Source of the DNA: an uncultured delta proteobacterium | GTDB lineage: Bacteria > Desulfobacterota > Desulfomonilia > Desulfomonilales > Desulfomonilaceae | Assembly (NCBI GenBank): GCA_963789265.1 | Contig: CAWBKB010000007.1 | Span: 64,001-128,000 of the forward strand | Direction: 5' to 3' | Length of the DNA: 64,000 nucleotides | Shown: piece after piece, positions 31,113 to 40,863 of the stretch | How positions within the stretch are numbered: the stretch's first letter is position 1 | How the letters are laid out: the number at the start of each line of letters is the position of its first letter | Program-made: the position numbers and the translations under genes | Notes under the pieces: model-generated | Told to the model about the DNA's origin: nothing | The model's input: the letters and a program-made list of their open reading frames with translations, nothing else | Database searches by the model: none

Positions 31113-32824
31113 CGAATCCCCCTGCACGAACGACAGCAGACTCCAAGTAAAGGGACCCCAACCCGACCGGAACGACGGATTAGCTCGCGGTTGGATCGTA
31201 TCTCTGTGACTCCGTTCCAGCGCACCGCAGCCAACTTGTCCGCGGCTTTGATCTTATTGAGGAGTACGAGCCGGTTCCCGACGCGTTCGGCGATGAGCAA
31301 CTTGTCCAGAGCAATTGGCTTCGTTGGCACCACCCCTCGGGCAACGACTCCCTTTCCTGAAATGAAAGCCATCCTTGATTCCAAATCAGCGAAGTCCTTT
31401 TTGTACGGATACAGGTAATGGGCATCGATGTCCCTGCGATGGTAAAAGATACGGATAAACTCTCTCAACCCGTTGACTCCGCCGAAAATTATCGCCCGAT
31501 TCGACACGTACGACTGAAGATCCAGGAACAGGAATGAAGTGCCCGGTGCTACATCCGGCACCTGGCTACTCAAGCTCGTCCACAAGTCGCAGTTGATTTT
31601 TTCCGCTTCTTGCCAGGAACGTCTCAAGTCTACGTGAAACATTGCCATGAAGCTCAGAGCAATCACGGCCGCGAGCTTCGCGACAAACAACACGCTCCTG
31701 CGGTTCCAGACGGTGACAGCACAGCCGAGCAATATGGCCAGCCCGAAACTTGCCGTGGAATAAACGCGACTCTCTCCGTGAAATCCCACTGAGGCACCAT
31801 ATCCGGCCATAAGATACGGAAGCGTCCCCAGTAAAATCAGTCCTGCCGCCCAGAGCAGCATCTGAATCGGCTCGTTGACTGTACCAGTTCCGGAACTGTT
31901 TTGTTCTGACGGCCCGGGCCCCCGATTGGAAAAAAGCAACACCGCGGCAAATACCAGAACCAGGCACCCGGCTCCGATGGCCCATGCGTCCGCAGGAACG
32001 GATTGGAACGGCGCGATTAGATACGGCACAAAATTAACTGCATATTCTTGCACCAGTCCGAACCTGGGAATGGGGGACCGCAGCGCAATTGCCCCTCCGT
32101 GGAAAAGAAGGAATCTTGCGGCCAGCACGACCAAGAACGCTATTGCCATTCCAGCACCGAGTCGAAGCCGGAAGACCCGGCCGGAAATCCTGTCACGATT
32201 ACGCTTTCTGCAAGGAAGAACGAACAACGGCACGAGGAAGAGCAACAAATTTGCCGCATCGTATGCGAGCGTCGAGATGCAGTAAAGCAGAACCGGGAGA
32301 ATCAAACCGCTTCGGGACGTGCTTTCTTCGGCCCAAATCTGAAAGGCAAGCACGGAACCCCAGAACAGCAGCGTGCACGTCCATATATTGTCCATGTGAA
32401 ACACGTATATGAGCGGGCAGATCGTAGGTGAAAAAAACCAAAACAGCATACTCGCAGCAACAAAAGCCCGACGCCGCGGGAATGCGCGGGTCAGGCACGC
32501 GCCCATGAGCAGAGCAGTCCCGGTGAGCAAAAACACGGCCACCAGATTGAAGAATATTCGATTGAAGCCCACTAAAGGATACGAAGCGAGCCAGGGAAGG
32601 CCGTCCAGAGGACGGCGAAACTCAACGGTGTATTTCCAGATGGACTGCGGAAAACTATTCCAATATGGAACGCTTAGCATCCACCAGTCGTCGCCCTGAA
32701 ATCCGGTATCACCCGTGATCGAGACCAGTGTCACCGAATACACCAGCAACCCGAAGAAAACCAACCGATGAATCGGGACGGTTTTCACCAAACGCCATCC
32801 TGCAATCACCTTAGCCCCTTTCAA
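31088..32824 (-). CDS. Polytopic membrane protein, GT-C glycosyltransferase-like
   Basis: GDDW after the first TM, FRRPL, YD and RVY motifs typical of GT-C-like proteins; stop lies inside the MITE TIR. Confidence 0.7.
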   Translation of the reverse strand: MKGAKVIAGWRLVKTVPIHRLVFFGLLVYSVTLVSITGDTGFQGDDWWMLSVPYWNSFPQSIWKYTVEFRRPLDGLPWLASYPLVGFNRIFFNLVAVFLLTGTALLMGACLTRAFPRRRAFVAASMLFWFFSPTICPLIYVFHMDNIWTCTLLFWGSVLAFQIWAEESTSRSGLILPVLLYCISTLAYDAANLLLFLVPLFVLPCRKRNRDRISGRVFRLRLGAGMAIAFLVVLAARFLLFHGGAIALRSPIPRFGLVQEYAVNFVPYLIAPFQSVPADAWAIGAGCLVLVFAAVLLFSNRGPGPSEQNSSGTGTVNEPIQMLLWAAGLILLGTLPYLMAGYGASVGFHGESRVYSTASFGLAILLGCAVTVWNRRSVLFVAKLAAVIALSFMAMFHVDLRRSWQEAEKINCDLWTSLSSQVPDVAPGTSFLFLDLQSYVSNRAIIFGGVNGLREFIRIFYHRRDIDAHYLYPYKKDFADLESRMAFISGKGVVARGVVPTKPIALDKLLIAERVGNRLVLLNKIKAADKLAAVRWNGVTEIRSNRELIRRSGRVGVPLLGVCCRSCRGIRTGSLTSK

Positions 32825-32927
32825 TTCCGCAATCCTTCACGGTGGACAAGGGAGCACAATTCGCCTCCGCCAGTCAATACCTCCGGGATAGAGAAACGTA
32901 TTGCACGAAATCTCTCCGAATTTATGC

Positions 32928-32963
32928 TTGACCATAACAGCGGTATGACCTATTGTCATACCG
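32928..32963 (+). promoter_or_regulatory. TA promoter/operator
   Basis: TTGACC followed by the perfect inverted repeat CGGTATGAC-CTATT-GTCATACCG (32941-32963). Confidence 0.7.
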
Positions 32964-32973
32964 GAGAAAGAAT

Positions 32974-33216
32974 ATGACGCGTGCAAAGGTAGCAATCACA
33001 TTGGATGAGCAGACGCTGGACCGCCTGGATCGACTCGTGCGGGCCCGCATCTTCCCGAATCGAAGTCAGGCCATTCAGGAAGCTGTTGAAGAGAAGCTTT
33101 CGCGGCTCGAACATACCAGGCTTGCCCGGGAGTGTTCCAAACTCGACCCTGCGTTTGAAAAGTCACTGGCTGAAGAAGGGCTGTCGGAAGAGTTGTCGGA
33201 ATGGCCCGCATATTAA
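32974..33216 (+). CDS. Ribbon-helix-helix (CopG-type) antitoxin
   Basis: KVAITLDE...LDRLV...[10 protein letters not shown]; overlaps the toxin start. Confidence 0.88.
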   Translation: MTRAKVAITLDEQTLDRLDRLVRARIFPNRSQAIQEAVEEKLSRLEHTRLARECSKLDPAFEKSLAEEGLSEELSEWPAY

Positions 33217-33539
33217 GGGGAGACATACGTTGGGCTGATTTAAATCCTACCCGGGGCCGGGAACAATCCGGTCTTAGACCCGTTCTAATTTTGAGCCATG
33301 ATGTTTTCAATGAGCGCTCCGGTACTGTCATTGCTGTTGCAGTTACCAGCCAGCCACAGCGTGCCGGTTACCCCCTGACACTGGAATTGCAGTCCAAGAG
33401 CCTTCCGAAGCGCTCATGGGTCAAAATCAGCCAAATCCGCACACTTGCTGTAGAGAGAATCGGCAAACGATTAGGACGGGCGACTCCCGAAGAGCTGGCT
33501 CAGGTGATCGAGGGGCTGGATGAAATTATCGGAGCGTGA
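33201..33539 (+). CDS. MazF/PemK-family toxin
   Basis: [27 protein letters not shown]...SQIRTL. Confidence 0.93.
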   Translation: MARILRGDIRWADLNPTRGREQSGLRPVLILSHDVFNERSGTVIAVAVTSQPQRAGYPLTLELQSKSLPKRSWVKISQIRTLAVERIGKRLGRATPEELAQVIEGLDEIIGA

Positions 33540-33649
33540 AGATTGAATTAGCCTCGTCGGCAGGCAACGAGAACAAAAATTTATCTGATTGAGACACTGA
33601 AATTGAACTATGTTAAGCTATCGCCAGTTAGGGACCGAAGGAGACAAAA

Positions 33650-33850
33650 ATGGGAAAAGTCGAACGAATAGAACGCGAAATCCAGGAACTTACCCCTACT
33701 GAGCTTGAAGCCCTCCGGAAATGGTTCGTTGAGTTCGACGCAGAGGCTTGGGACCGTCAAATCGAAGAGGACGCGCGATCCGGGAACTTGGACAGGCTAG
33801 CTTCCAAAGCGCTCAAGGCTTTCGAGTCTGGAAACTGTAGCGAGCTTTGA
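33650..33850 (+). CDS. Putative antitoxin
   Basis: AAGGAG RBS; EAWDRQIEEDARSGNLDRL; TTGA overlap with the following toxin. Confidence 0.8.
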   Translation: MGKVERIEREIQELTPTELEALRKWFVEFDAEAWDRQIEEDARSGNLDRLASKALKAFESGNCSEL

Positions 33851-34100
33851 AACACTATGCTTCCCCTGAATTCTGGGAATGCTACCAGGCATTACCCAAT
33901 CCGGTTAGAGAAATTGCGGATAGAGCTTCGCTATGCTCAACGAAAATCCTCGTCACCCCTCGTTGCATTTCAAGAAAGTCGGGCCTTACTGGGCTGCTCG
34001 AGTGGGGTTAAACCATCGGACTTTGGGCGTGCAGGTGCCTGGCGGCATAATTTGGTTTTGGATTGGAAGTCACGCTGAATATGACAAGCTGATCAAATAA
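33847..34100 (+). CDS. RelE/ParE-like toxin (frameshift near 33923)
   Basis: Manual join: MKHYASPEFWECYQALP...ENPRHPSLHFKKVGPYWAARVGLNHR...WFWIGSHAEYDKLIK. Confidence 0.82.
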
Positions 34101-34241
34101 CCAGGTGCTGCAATGTGTTGCTTATGCATTGCACCCACACTTCACGGTTGGAGGGGAGCATAAAGAGCGGCCAGATGAAGGTCAGTTCATTCTTTCAATT
34201 AGCTCTTCTATGTAGCCGAGACCGGAACTAGGTGAGAAATT

Positions 34242-35420
34242 ATGCATGCGATTATTCCTAATGTTATTTGTACCCGCCGAGTTCGCCTTTTAATCCTCAT
34301 CTGCCTCATCGTTGCAATAGGATTACTGTTCCCGTCGGGACCTCGGACGGTAATTGCCGCTTCAGATACGGTATCGCAGACTCAACCTGGACACAAGGCG
34401 GTGCGGCTGCCGCGTCCGGATCATATTGTCATAGTGATAGAAGAGAACAAGGGCTTCGACGATCTTTTCTCAAGCAAATGCCATGAGAATTCAGGCGGCC
34501 CCTGTGCTCCCTACTTCATTTCCCTGGCGGCTCGGGGTGCATCCCTGGACCATTTTTATGCTTTTCATCATCCTAGCCAGCCGAATTACTTGGAGCTTTT
34601 TTCGGGCAGCAATGAAGGGGTCATCGGTGATTGTTGTCCTCTGGAGAAATGCCAACCGCAGGAGTGTTGCAATACCGAATGCGACCCGGTTGTTTCGCCG
34701 CCCGTCCTGATAGGACCGAGTCTCGCCGGAGTCCTCCTCAATAAAGGTAGATCGCTCGCGCCGAATACTAAGCCCCTGACCTTTGTGGGTTTCGCGGAGG
34801 ACTTGCCGAAAGACAAAAGCCTCTGCTGTTACAGCGAGGATGGATCGCATTACGCGCGGAAGCATTGCCCGTGGCTGGATTACATTGATGTCCCGGAAAC
34901 AAATCCGGATGGAACACGCACAAGTTTGCCGTTTGACCATAAATTCTGGGGTCACAAACAGGATATAAAGCGGTTTTCCACGTTGCCGACAGTTTCCTTT
35001 GTAATTCCTAATTTGCTCAATGATATGCATTCTCTTCCTGAGCATGTTCCCCGCAAAACATGGTTGGATGATGCGAAGCGTCACGAGTTGCTCGGGAAAT
35101 TAGTTAATCAAGGAGATGTCTGGCTGAAAAGATTCCTCGCGGATTACGTGGAATATGTCATGAAAGAGGAGAACAACAGCCTCTTGATCGTCACTTGGGA
35201 TGAAGACAGTAACGGACCGGGTTGCAAGCAGCCATGTCCTACTACGCCCCCTGAAAATCATATACCGACCGTCATTGTGGGTGCCAAAGTTAAATCCGGA
35301 TACCGGAGCAGCGTGCAATACACATTTTACAGCCTATTGCGTACCATTTTGGATATGTATCACCTCCCGTTGATTGGCGGAAGCCAGAGAGCCGAACCAA
35401 TCGCGGATATATGGCGGTAG
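34242..35420 (+). CDS. Exported phosphoesterase / acid phosphatase (alkaline phosphatase superfamily)
   Basis: DHIVIVIEENK, HPSQPNY, YARKHCPW, PNLLNDMH, VTWDED, YSLLRTI; extra Cys-rich loops. Confidence 0.88.
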   Translation: MHAIIPNVICTRRVRLLILICLIVAIGLLFPSGPRTVIAASDTVSQTQPGHKAVRLPRPDHIVIVIEENKGFDDLFSSKCHENSGGPCAPYFISLAARGASLDHFYAFHHPSQPNYLELFSGSNEGVIGDCCPLEKCQPQECCNTECDPVVSPPVLIGPSLAGVLLNKGRSLAPNTKPLTFVGFAEDLPKDKSLCCYSEDGSHYARKHCPWLDYIDVPETNPDGTRTSLPFDHKFWGHKQDIKRFSTLPTVSFVIPNLLNDMHSLPEHVPRKTWLDDAKRHELLGKLVNQGDVWLKRFLADYVEYVMKEENNSLLIVTWDEDSNGPGCKQPCPTTPPENHIPTVIVGAKVKSGYRSSVQYTFYSLLRTILDMYHLPLIGGSQRAEPIADIWR

Positions 35421-35478
35421 CCTACAAGGAATGGGGGCAGGGTCACGCATCAAAAGGCCTACAATGAGGTCTTTTCAA

Positions 35479-35799
35479 ATGAAGATAAAGTTTCGTCAAT
35501 CAGGGGGCATGGCTGGCTTGACTCAAGGCTGTGAAATAGATACCCAGGCGCTACCTGCGACTGAAGCCGCTGAGATCAAGAACCTGGTAAAGAACACCGG
35601 TGTACTGAAGTCCCAATCCCCACTCAGGAGACTGGTAGTGCGTGACGCTTTAGTAGCATGCGACATTTTTTACTACAGTATCTCAGTTGAGAGCCATGAA
35701 ATCACCTATCTCGTCAGATTCAGCGATTTCACGATTCCCGAAAACGGTCGGCTTTTGCTGGATTATCTGAAGAAGCAGGCAAGGCCGCAAGCTTTATAG
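35479..35799 (+). CDS. Emfourin-like (protealysin inhibitor) protein
   Basis: MKIKFRQSGGMAGL...IDT..LP...D.F.Y.I.V...F.D..IP pattern. Confidence 0.75.
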   Translation: MKIKFRQSGGMAGLTQGCEIDTQALPATEAAEIKNLVKNTGVLKSQSPLRRLVVRDALVACDIFYYSISVESHEITYLVRFSDFTIPENGRLLLDYLKKQARPQAL

Positions 35800-36090
35800 T
35801 TTCGGAATTATCTGCTTTATTTCTGGAGGAGATCAACTCGACTTATATCGGCCGATTTTTTCGTCGTGTTGCGACTGCGAGGATACTCCGATTCTGGAGT
35901 TGAAGAGGACGCAACGGCATAGCGCAGAAGGTGATAAATGATGCCGTTGCCTCGTCTGCATTCGGAACGATTGGCGACCCCGCCTGCTGTTTGACTATCT
36001 GTACTAAGTGGAAATTCTGAGGAGAGCTTTTGGAGGCTCCTTTCCTTGACTATTCCACGTCAATGGCGTACTAATGTACAGGGAGCAGCA

Positions 36091-36408
36091 ATGGTCTTCA
36101 TCGAGACTCCGATCTTCACCCGGCAAGTACAGGATGACCTCTCGGAAGATCAGTATAGGGATCTGCAAGACGAGTTGAGAAAGCACCCGGACGCCGGGTC
36201 TAAGATCAAAGGGTCAGGAGGTCTTCGAAAATTGCGCTGGGCGATAGAAGGCCAAAGAAAGAGTGGCGGAGTGCGAGTCATCTACTATTGGGTGGCCGCC
36301 CAAGATCGGATTTTCATGCTCTACATGTACGCAAAAAACAAACAGGGTAATCTCACTCCCGAACAACTCAAGGTACTTAGGAAGGCCGTAGAAAAGGAAT
36401 TGTCATGA
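36091..36408 (+). CDS. RelE/HigB-type toxin
   Basis: FIETPIF...GSGGLRKLRW...KSGGVRVIYY...YAKNKQGNLT. Confidence 0.92.
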   Translation: MVFIETPIFTRQVQDDLSEDQYRDLQDELRKHPDAGSKIKGSGGLRKLRWAIEGQRKSGGVRVIYYWVAAQDRIFMLYMYAKNKQGNLTPEQLKVLRKAVEKELS

Positions 36409-36740
36409 AGGAAGAAATGTTCGAAGAACTTCTCGAAAGCGTCCGGCAAGCCGGGGCCATAATGAGAGGCGAACAGAAACCTTCGAGGGTTTTTGAGGTT
36501 GAAGCACCGGATGTTAAGGCTATAAGAGCCACATTTGGAGTTTCTCAAGACGAGTTTGCTTCCCTGCTCGGGATCAGCGTAAGAACGCTTGAGAACTGGG
36601 AGCAAAAACGTCGGATACCCAAAGGACCGGCTCGTGTCCTGTTAGAGGTCGCTGCCGTCCACCCGGACGCTGTGTGGGACGTGGTGCGACATGCGAGACA
36701 AAATCGAGAGCGCGGGAAATCCCGGGGGCACAATACTTAA
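36405..36740 (+). CDS. HTH antitoxin (HigA/NadS-like)
   Basis: FEELLESVRQA...DVKAIR...SQDEFA...TLENWEQKRRIPKGPARVLL; ATGA overlap. Confidence 0.9.
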   Translation: MKEEMFEELLESVRQAGAIMRGEQKPSRVFEVEAPDVKAIRATFGVSQDEFASLLGISVRTLENWEQKRRIPKGPARVLLEVAAVHPDAVWDVVRHARQNRERGKSRGHNT

Positions 36741-37116
36741 TTGAACTCAGAGTTCGATCTCCACATCACAGGTGCATGAAAACAAATAATGAAACCGAAT
36801 GCGTGCGAATCGGGGGTTACCCCATCAATTCGTGCCTGAAATGCAAATAGCTGTGCCCGGCAAAAGGGGCACGAATCCCCCCTCCTCCTGTATTTCACCC
36901 GCCCCACCCCGCTAAGTCTCGTTTAATGAGCGGCCTTCACGGCTACGAGAGTCCGGCACAATTTCTTTCGCAACAGAATTCTCAGCGCCCTCCGCGTTCT
37001 CTGCGGTTAACTATTATCTTTCGCTTTTGTCGAATCGCGGCTCTGTGGTAAACGGAAGAAAGCTCCGTTTCTTCGTCAGACGTGGTGGACGAGACAGCCA
37101 AAATCTGTTCGCATTG

Positions 37117-38247
37117 ATGATCGAGATGAAACGCAAACCACAAAACCCCGATTCAAATTTTCAGATTGGGGCAGCAACGTTGGACGACCGGAAGCGCCTG
37201 CTCGTCCAAGGCCTCACCAAGCGTTTCGGCAAGAACAGGGCATTGAGTAACATTGATCTGGAAGTTTCTAAGGGGGAGCTGTGTGTGCTCCTTGGCCCTT
37301 CAGGGTGCGGAAAGTCCACGTTATTGCGGATCATCGCGGGGTTGGAAAGTCCTTCGGCAGGCAAGATCTACATTGAAGGCCGCGATGTGACTGATTTGCC
37401 CCCCGGGAAACGCGATGTTGCCATGGTCTTCCAGAATTATGCGATTTATCCGCACATGACAGTCTTCGAAAACATCGCTTTTCCCTTGCGAGTGCGAAAA
37501 TCACCTAAAGAAGAAATAGTTGCGAAGGTGCACGAAGCGGCGTCATTGCTCCAATTGGATCGATTGCTTGAGAGAAAGCCCGCGCAGCTTTCAGGAGGGG
37601 AACGACAGAGAGTGGCAATGGGCCGCGCTATTGTGAGGCAGCCGACGATTTTTCTCTTTGATGAGCCGCTGTCTAACCTGGACGCCAAACTCCGGGCGAA
37701 TATGCGGATCGAAATTTCCCAGCTTCACCGGCGCCTTGGGGCGACTACAGTGTACGTTACGCACGATCAGGTAGAGGCCATGACAATGGCAGACACGGTC
37801 GTAGTTTTGGACGCAGGAATTGTGCAGCAAATTGGTCCGCCCGACGAAATCTACAAACATCCCGCCAATCTGATGGTCGCGGAGTTCGTTGGCACCCCTG
37901 CCATGAATTTTGTTTCCGGTCGATTGGCTCGCTCGTCAGACGGCACGGTTTTGTTTTCCGCCGGCAGCCTCACCTTCCCAATTTCTGATTGCAACATCGA
38001 AGGTGAAGCGGTCGCCGGGATAAGGCCGGAACATGCATCAATAGACCCTGACGGCAAGGTCATGGGCAGCGTGAAATTTATAGAAGACATAGGATCGGAC
38101 AAATTTGTCCACGTAGAATTGGCGCCGACAGATGAAATGGTAGTACGACTTTCCCAATCGCAGAATGTAAAGATTGGCCGGACGGTTCGTTTATTGGTTG
38201 ATCTCTCCAAGATTAATGTTTTTTGGCAAGGCAAAAGGATCTTGTAA
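37117..38247 (+). CDS. Sugar ABC transporter ATP-binding subunit (MalK/MsmK-like)
   Basis: GPSGCGKST, VFQNYA, LSGGERQR, DEPLSNLD, YVTHDQ; start uncertain. Confidence 0.92.
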   Translation: MIEMKRKPQNPDSNFQIGAATLDDRKRLLVQGLTKRFGKNRALSNIDLEVSKGELCVLLGPSGCGKSTLLRIIAGLESPSAGKIYIEGRDVTDLPPGKRDVAMVFQNYAIYPHMTVFENIAFPLRVRKSPKEEIVAKVHEAASLLQLDRLLERKPAQLSGGERQRVAMGRAIVRQPTIFLFDEPLSNLDAKLRANMRIEISQLHRRLGATTVYVTHDQVEAMTMADTVVVLDAGIVQQIGPPDEIYKHPANLMVAEFVGTPAMNFVSGRLARSSDGTVLFSAGSLTFPISDCNIEGEAVAGIRPEHASIDPDGKVMGSVKFIEDIGSDKFVHVELAPTDEMVVRLSQSQNVKIGRTVRLLVDLSKINVFWQGKRIL

Positions 38248-38300
38248 TGATGGCCCGCTTGCCAGGAATGGTAATCCCGCAGTTACAGCCGGCAAAAGCT

Positions 38301-38432
38301 TGTCATTGCGAGCGAAGCGAAGCAATCTTTCCCCTAAACGGCACCCAGATTGCCAGTGGGACGGGCATCCTGCCCGTCAGTGCTAATAGACAGGCTAGAA
38401 GCCTGTCCCACTGTTCACTCCTCGCAATGACA
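38301..38432. repeat. TGTCATTGCGAG...CTCGCAATGACA REP-like element with a nested GTGG REP pair
   Basis: Perfect 12-bp terminal inverted repeat; GTGG hairpin pair at 38356-38411. Confidence 0.75.
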
Positions 38433-39755
38433 GTGAAGCGACAATTCCAGCGCGCCACTAAATGGTTAGCAGGACCGGTCCTTGCCTTAAGAGCTTTGTT
38501 GCTGGTGCTGTTGATACTGCTGATCACGGCCGCCTCCTGGGCAGCGAATGAAATTCACTTTGTGATGTGGAAGCCCGATCATCCGGAAGTCTGGAACAAG
38601 CTAATCAGCAAATTTGAAAGAGAGACCGGTATCAAAGTTCGCGTCGATATCGGCCCGAACTCGTCCACCGCAGCCCACGCTCTGATTTCGCAGAGGTTAA
38701 AAAATGCGGATCCGGATTTGGATGTTTTCATGATGGACGTTATTTGGCCATCGGAATTCGTATCCGCTAACTGGATTCAGGCTTTGGACCGCTACTTTCC
38801 TTCCCGAGATCGAGCAGATTTCTTCCCGGCGGCTATTTCCGCGTGCACTATACAAGGGAAAATCTACGGCGTCCCATTTGAGACTTCCGGCGGCATTCTT
38901 TTTTGCCGAAAGGATCTTTTGGATAAATATGGATTCGAACCGCCCGAGACATGGGATCAACTCGTCGAGGAGACCGAGCGCATCGTCAGTGGTGAACGAT
39001 CTCAAGATCCTGCTTTGAGAGGCTATTGCGGGCAGTTCAAGCAATATGAAGGGCTCGTTTGCAATATGCAGGAGTTCTTACTGAGCAATCAAGGCAAACT
39101 GTTCAGTGACGACGGGCGGAAATCCATGATGGGGTCTCCTGCAAATCTTCAGGCCACGCGATTCGTAAGAGATAAAATTATCGGCAAAGTCGCGTCCAGA
39201 GGAGTGCTGACGTATGAGGAGCCGGAATCGCTGCATGTTTTCATACAAGGTCACGCAGTTTTTCTCCGCGACTGGCCTTATGCCTGGGAAATTGCAAATA
39301 ATCCCAAGGAATCTGCTGTCGCGCGCAAAGTGGACATCATTCCCCTGCCGCACTTTGCCGGAGGCGTGACCGCGCCCACGTTGGGCGGGTGGCAATTCGC
39401 TCTGTCACGGTTTTCGAGAAAAAAGGCCCTTGCGTGGCAATTTATACAATACATGGCATCTCCCGGCGTTCAGAAGACATTCGCGCTGGAGGCTTCTCAA
39501 AGACCGGCCAGGCGGTCGGTGTACAATGACCCGGAAGTTTTAAAGAAAAATCCCCATTTCGCCAAGCTGCGCAAAGCCTTTGAAAAGGCGTGCCCTCGTC
39601 CGGCGATTCCTCTGTATCCGCTCTATTCAAGCATTTTGCAAAGGCTCTACCAGGACGCGATCGTTTACCCCGACTCTCGCGTCAAACCCCGGGCAGCAGA
39701 GGCGGACAGAGAGATTGATGGGCTCCTTAAGCTCGTGCGTGAAGGCAATCCATGA
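38427..39755 (+). CDS. Sugar ABC transporter substrate-binding protein (trehalose/maltose-like)
   Basis: Signal-like hydrophobic segment; DVFMMDVIWPSEF, KQYEGLVCN, FLRDWPYAW, TLGGWQ; start uncertain. Confidence 0.88.
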   Translation: MTVKRQFQRATKWLAGPVLALRALLLVLLILLITAASWAANEIHFVMWKPDHPEVWNKLISKFERETGIKVRVDIGPNSSTAAHALISQRLKNADPDLDVFMMDVIWPSEFVSANWIQALDRYFPSRDRADFFPAAISACTIQGKIYGVPFETSGGILFCRKDLLDKYGFEPPETWDQLVEETERIVSGERSQDPALRGYCGQFKQYEGLVCNMQEFLLSNQGKLFSDDGRKSMMGSPANLQATRFVRDKIIGKVASRGVLTYEEPESLHVFIQGHAVFLRDWPYAWEIANNPKESAVARKVDIIPLPHFAGGVTAPTLGGWQFALSRFSRKKALAWQFIQYMASPGVQKTFALEASQRPARRSVYNDPEVLKKNPHFAKLRKAFEKACPRPAIPLYPLYSSILQRLYQDAIVYPDSRVKPRAAEADREIDGLLKLVREGNP

Positions 39756-40657
39756 GAACTTCATTCTCCACTTCCGAGCGCACTTTCGGGTATCTGCTTC
39801 TGTCACCGCTGCTTATCGTTCTTCTGATTTTCAGTTTTTTCCCCATCGGTTATTCATTTTTCTTGAGTCTTCATCGAATAATATTGAGCCTGCCCCACCT
39901 GGGGGAAAGCTTTGTGGGTCTTGCCAATTACAAGAGTTTGCTCGGAGATCCTGCAGCTCTCAATTCCTTTACAGTCACCATCATTTTCGTAGCGGCAGCG
40001 ACGATTTTCGAGGTTAGTGTAGGATTGATCATTGCTCTTGTCATAAACGAGAGCTTCAGGGCAAGAGGAATTGTGAGGGCAGCGATTCTTATACCCTGGG
40101 CAATCCCGACTGTGGTGGCATCGCAACTGTGGAGGTTCGCCTTTAACGACCAATACGGCATAGTTAACTACATTCTTTTCGGCGCTGATATTGCTCATTA
40201 CAAGGCATGGCTTGCCGATCCTGTTTCGGCTCTCGCGGCAATCATACTCGCGGATGTTTGGAAGACCTCTTCTTTTGCGAGCCTGATCATTCTTGCGGGA
40301 TTGCAAACGATTCCGGATGAACTCTATGAAGCTGCAAGAGTGGACGGAGCAAATGCTTTCCAGCGATTTCGGCACATTACGCTACCGCTCTTGAAGCCAT
40401 CTATTCTTCTGGCTCTCATATTCAGAACTATGGACGCGTTCAGAGTTTTTGATCTTGTATATGTGATGACGCAGGGCGGGCCGGCGGATGCCACGAATGT
40501 CTTGCAGTTCTACGGATATAAGACATTGTTTGACCAAGGCATGGTCGGAGTTGGTTCGGCGGTTTCCGTGGTTGTTTTCATATTGGTTTTCTCAGTCTCC
40601 GTCTTCTATTTGAGCCTGGTGGGAACCACTCTCTTGAGGCAAAAGGAGAATATTTGA
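39752..40657 (+). CDS. Sugar ABC transporter permease (MalF-like)
   Basis: FVGLANY, IPWAIPTVV, LAGLQTIPDELYEAARVDGA (EAA motif). Confidence 0.93.
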   Translation: MRTSFSTSERTFGYLLLSPLLIVLLIFSFFPIGYSFFLSLHRIILSLPHLGESFVGLANYKSLLGDPAALNSFTVTIIFVAAATIFEVSVGLIIALVINESFRARGIVRAAILIPWAIPTVVASQLWRFAFNDQYGIVNYILFGADIAHYKAWLADPVSALAAIILADVWKTSSFASLIILAGLQTIPDELYEAARVDGANAFQRFRHITLPLLKPSILLALIFRTMDAFRVFDLVYVMTQGGPADATNVLQFYGYKTLFDQGMVGVGSAVSVVVFILVFSVSVFYLSLVGTTLLRQKENI

Positions 40658-40863
40658 TACTGATTCGCTTTCAAACAAGTGAGAATCGGCAATGGCAAAC
40701 GGCACTGACCTGGCGCCATCACGGCGCTTCCCGCGGGACGCGGGATGGCACCCGGAATTTCATGAATAGATGTTGGGTGCCACGGACCTGGGCTTTGGCA
40801 GGTCCGTGCTGTATTCATCGTTTGAACACGAACTGGTATCACTTGCTTGAAAGCGAATCGGTA
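40658..40863. mobile_element. MITE-like element with 25-bp TIRs and TGA target duplication
   Basis: TACTGATTCGCTTTCAAACAAGTGA / TCACTTGCTTGAAAGCGAATCGGTA (23/25 match); TGA at 40655-40657 and 40864-40866. Confidence 0.8.

Noticed and set aside
30724..31150. Small ORFs over repeat clusters (also 28580-28963, 40654-40866, 51509-51757, 60122-60770)
   Set aside because: They are translations of palindromic REP/MITE sequence with no protein motifs.
34095..34152. attC-like site after the RelE-like toxin (AAATAAC...GTTGG)
   Set aside because: Arm pairing is poor and no similar site follows the neighbouring genes; it looks more like a degenerate REP hairpin.
38223..38426. Long N-terminal extension of the sugar-binding protein
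   Set aside because: It reads through a REP mosaic, and the signal-like segment starts after 38427.
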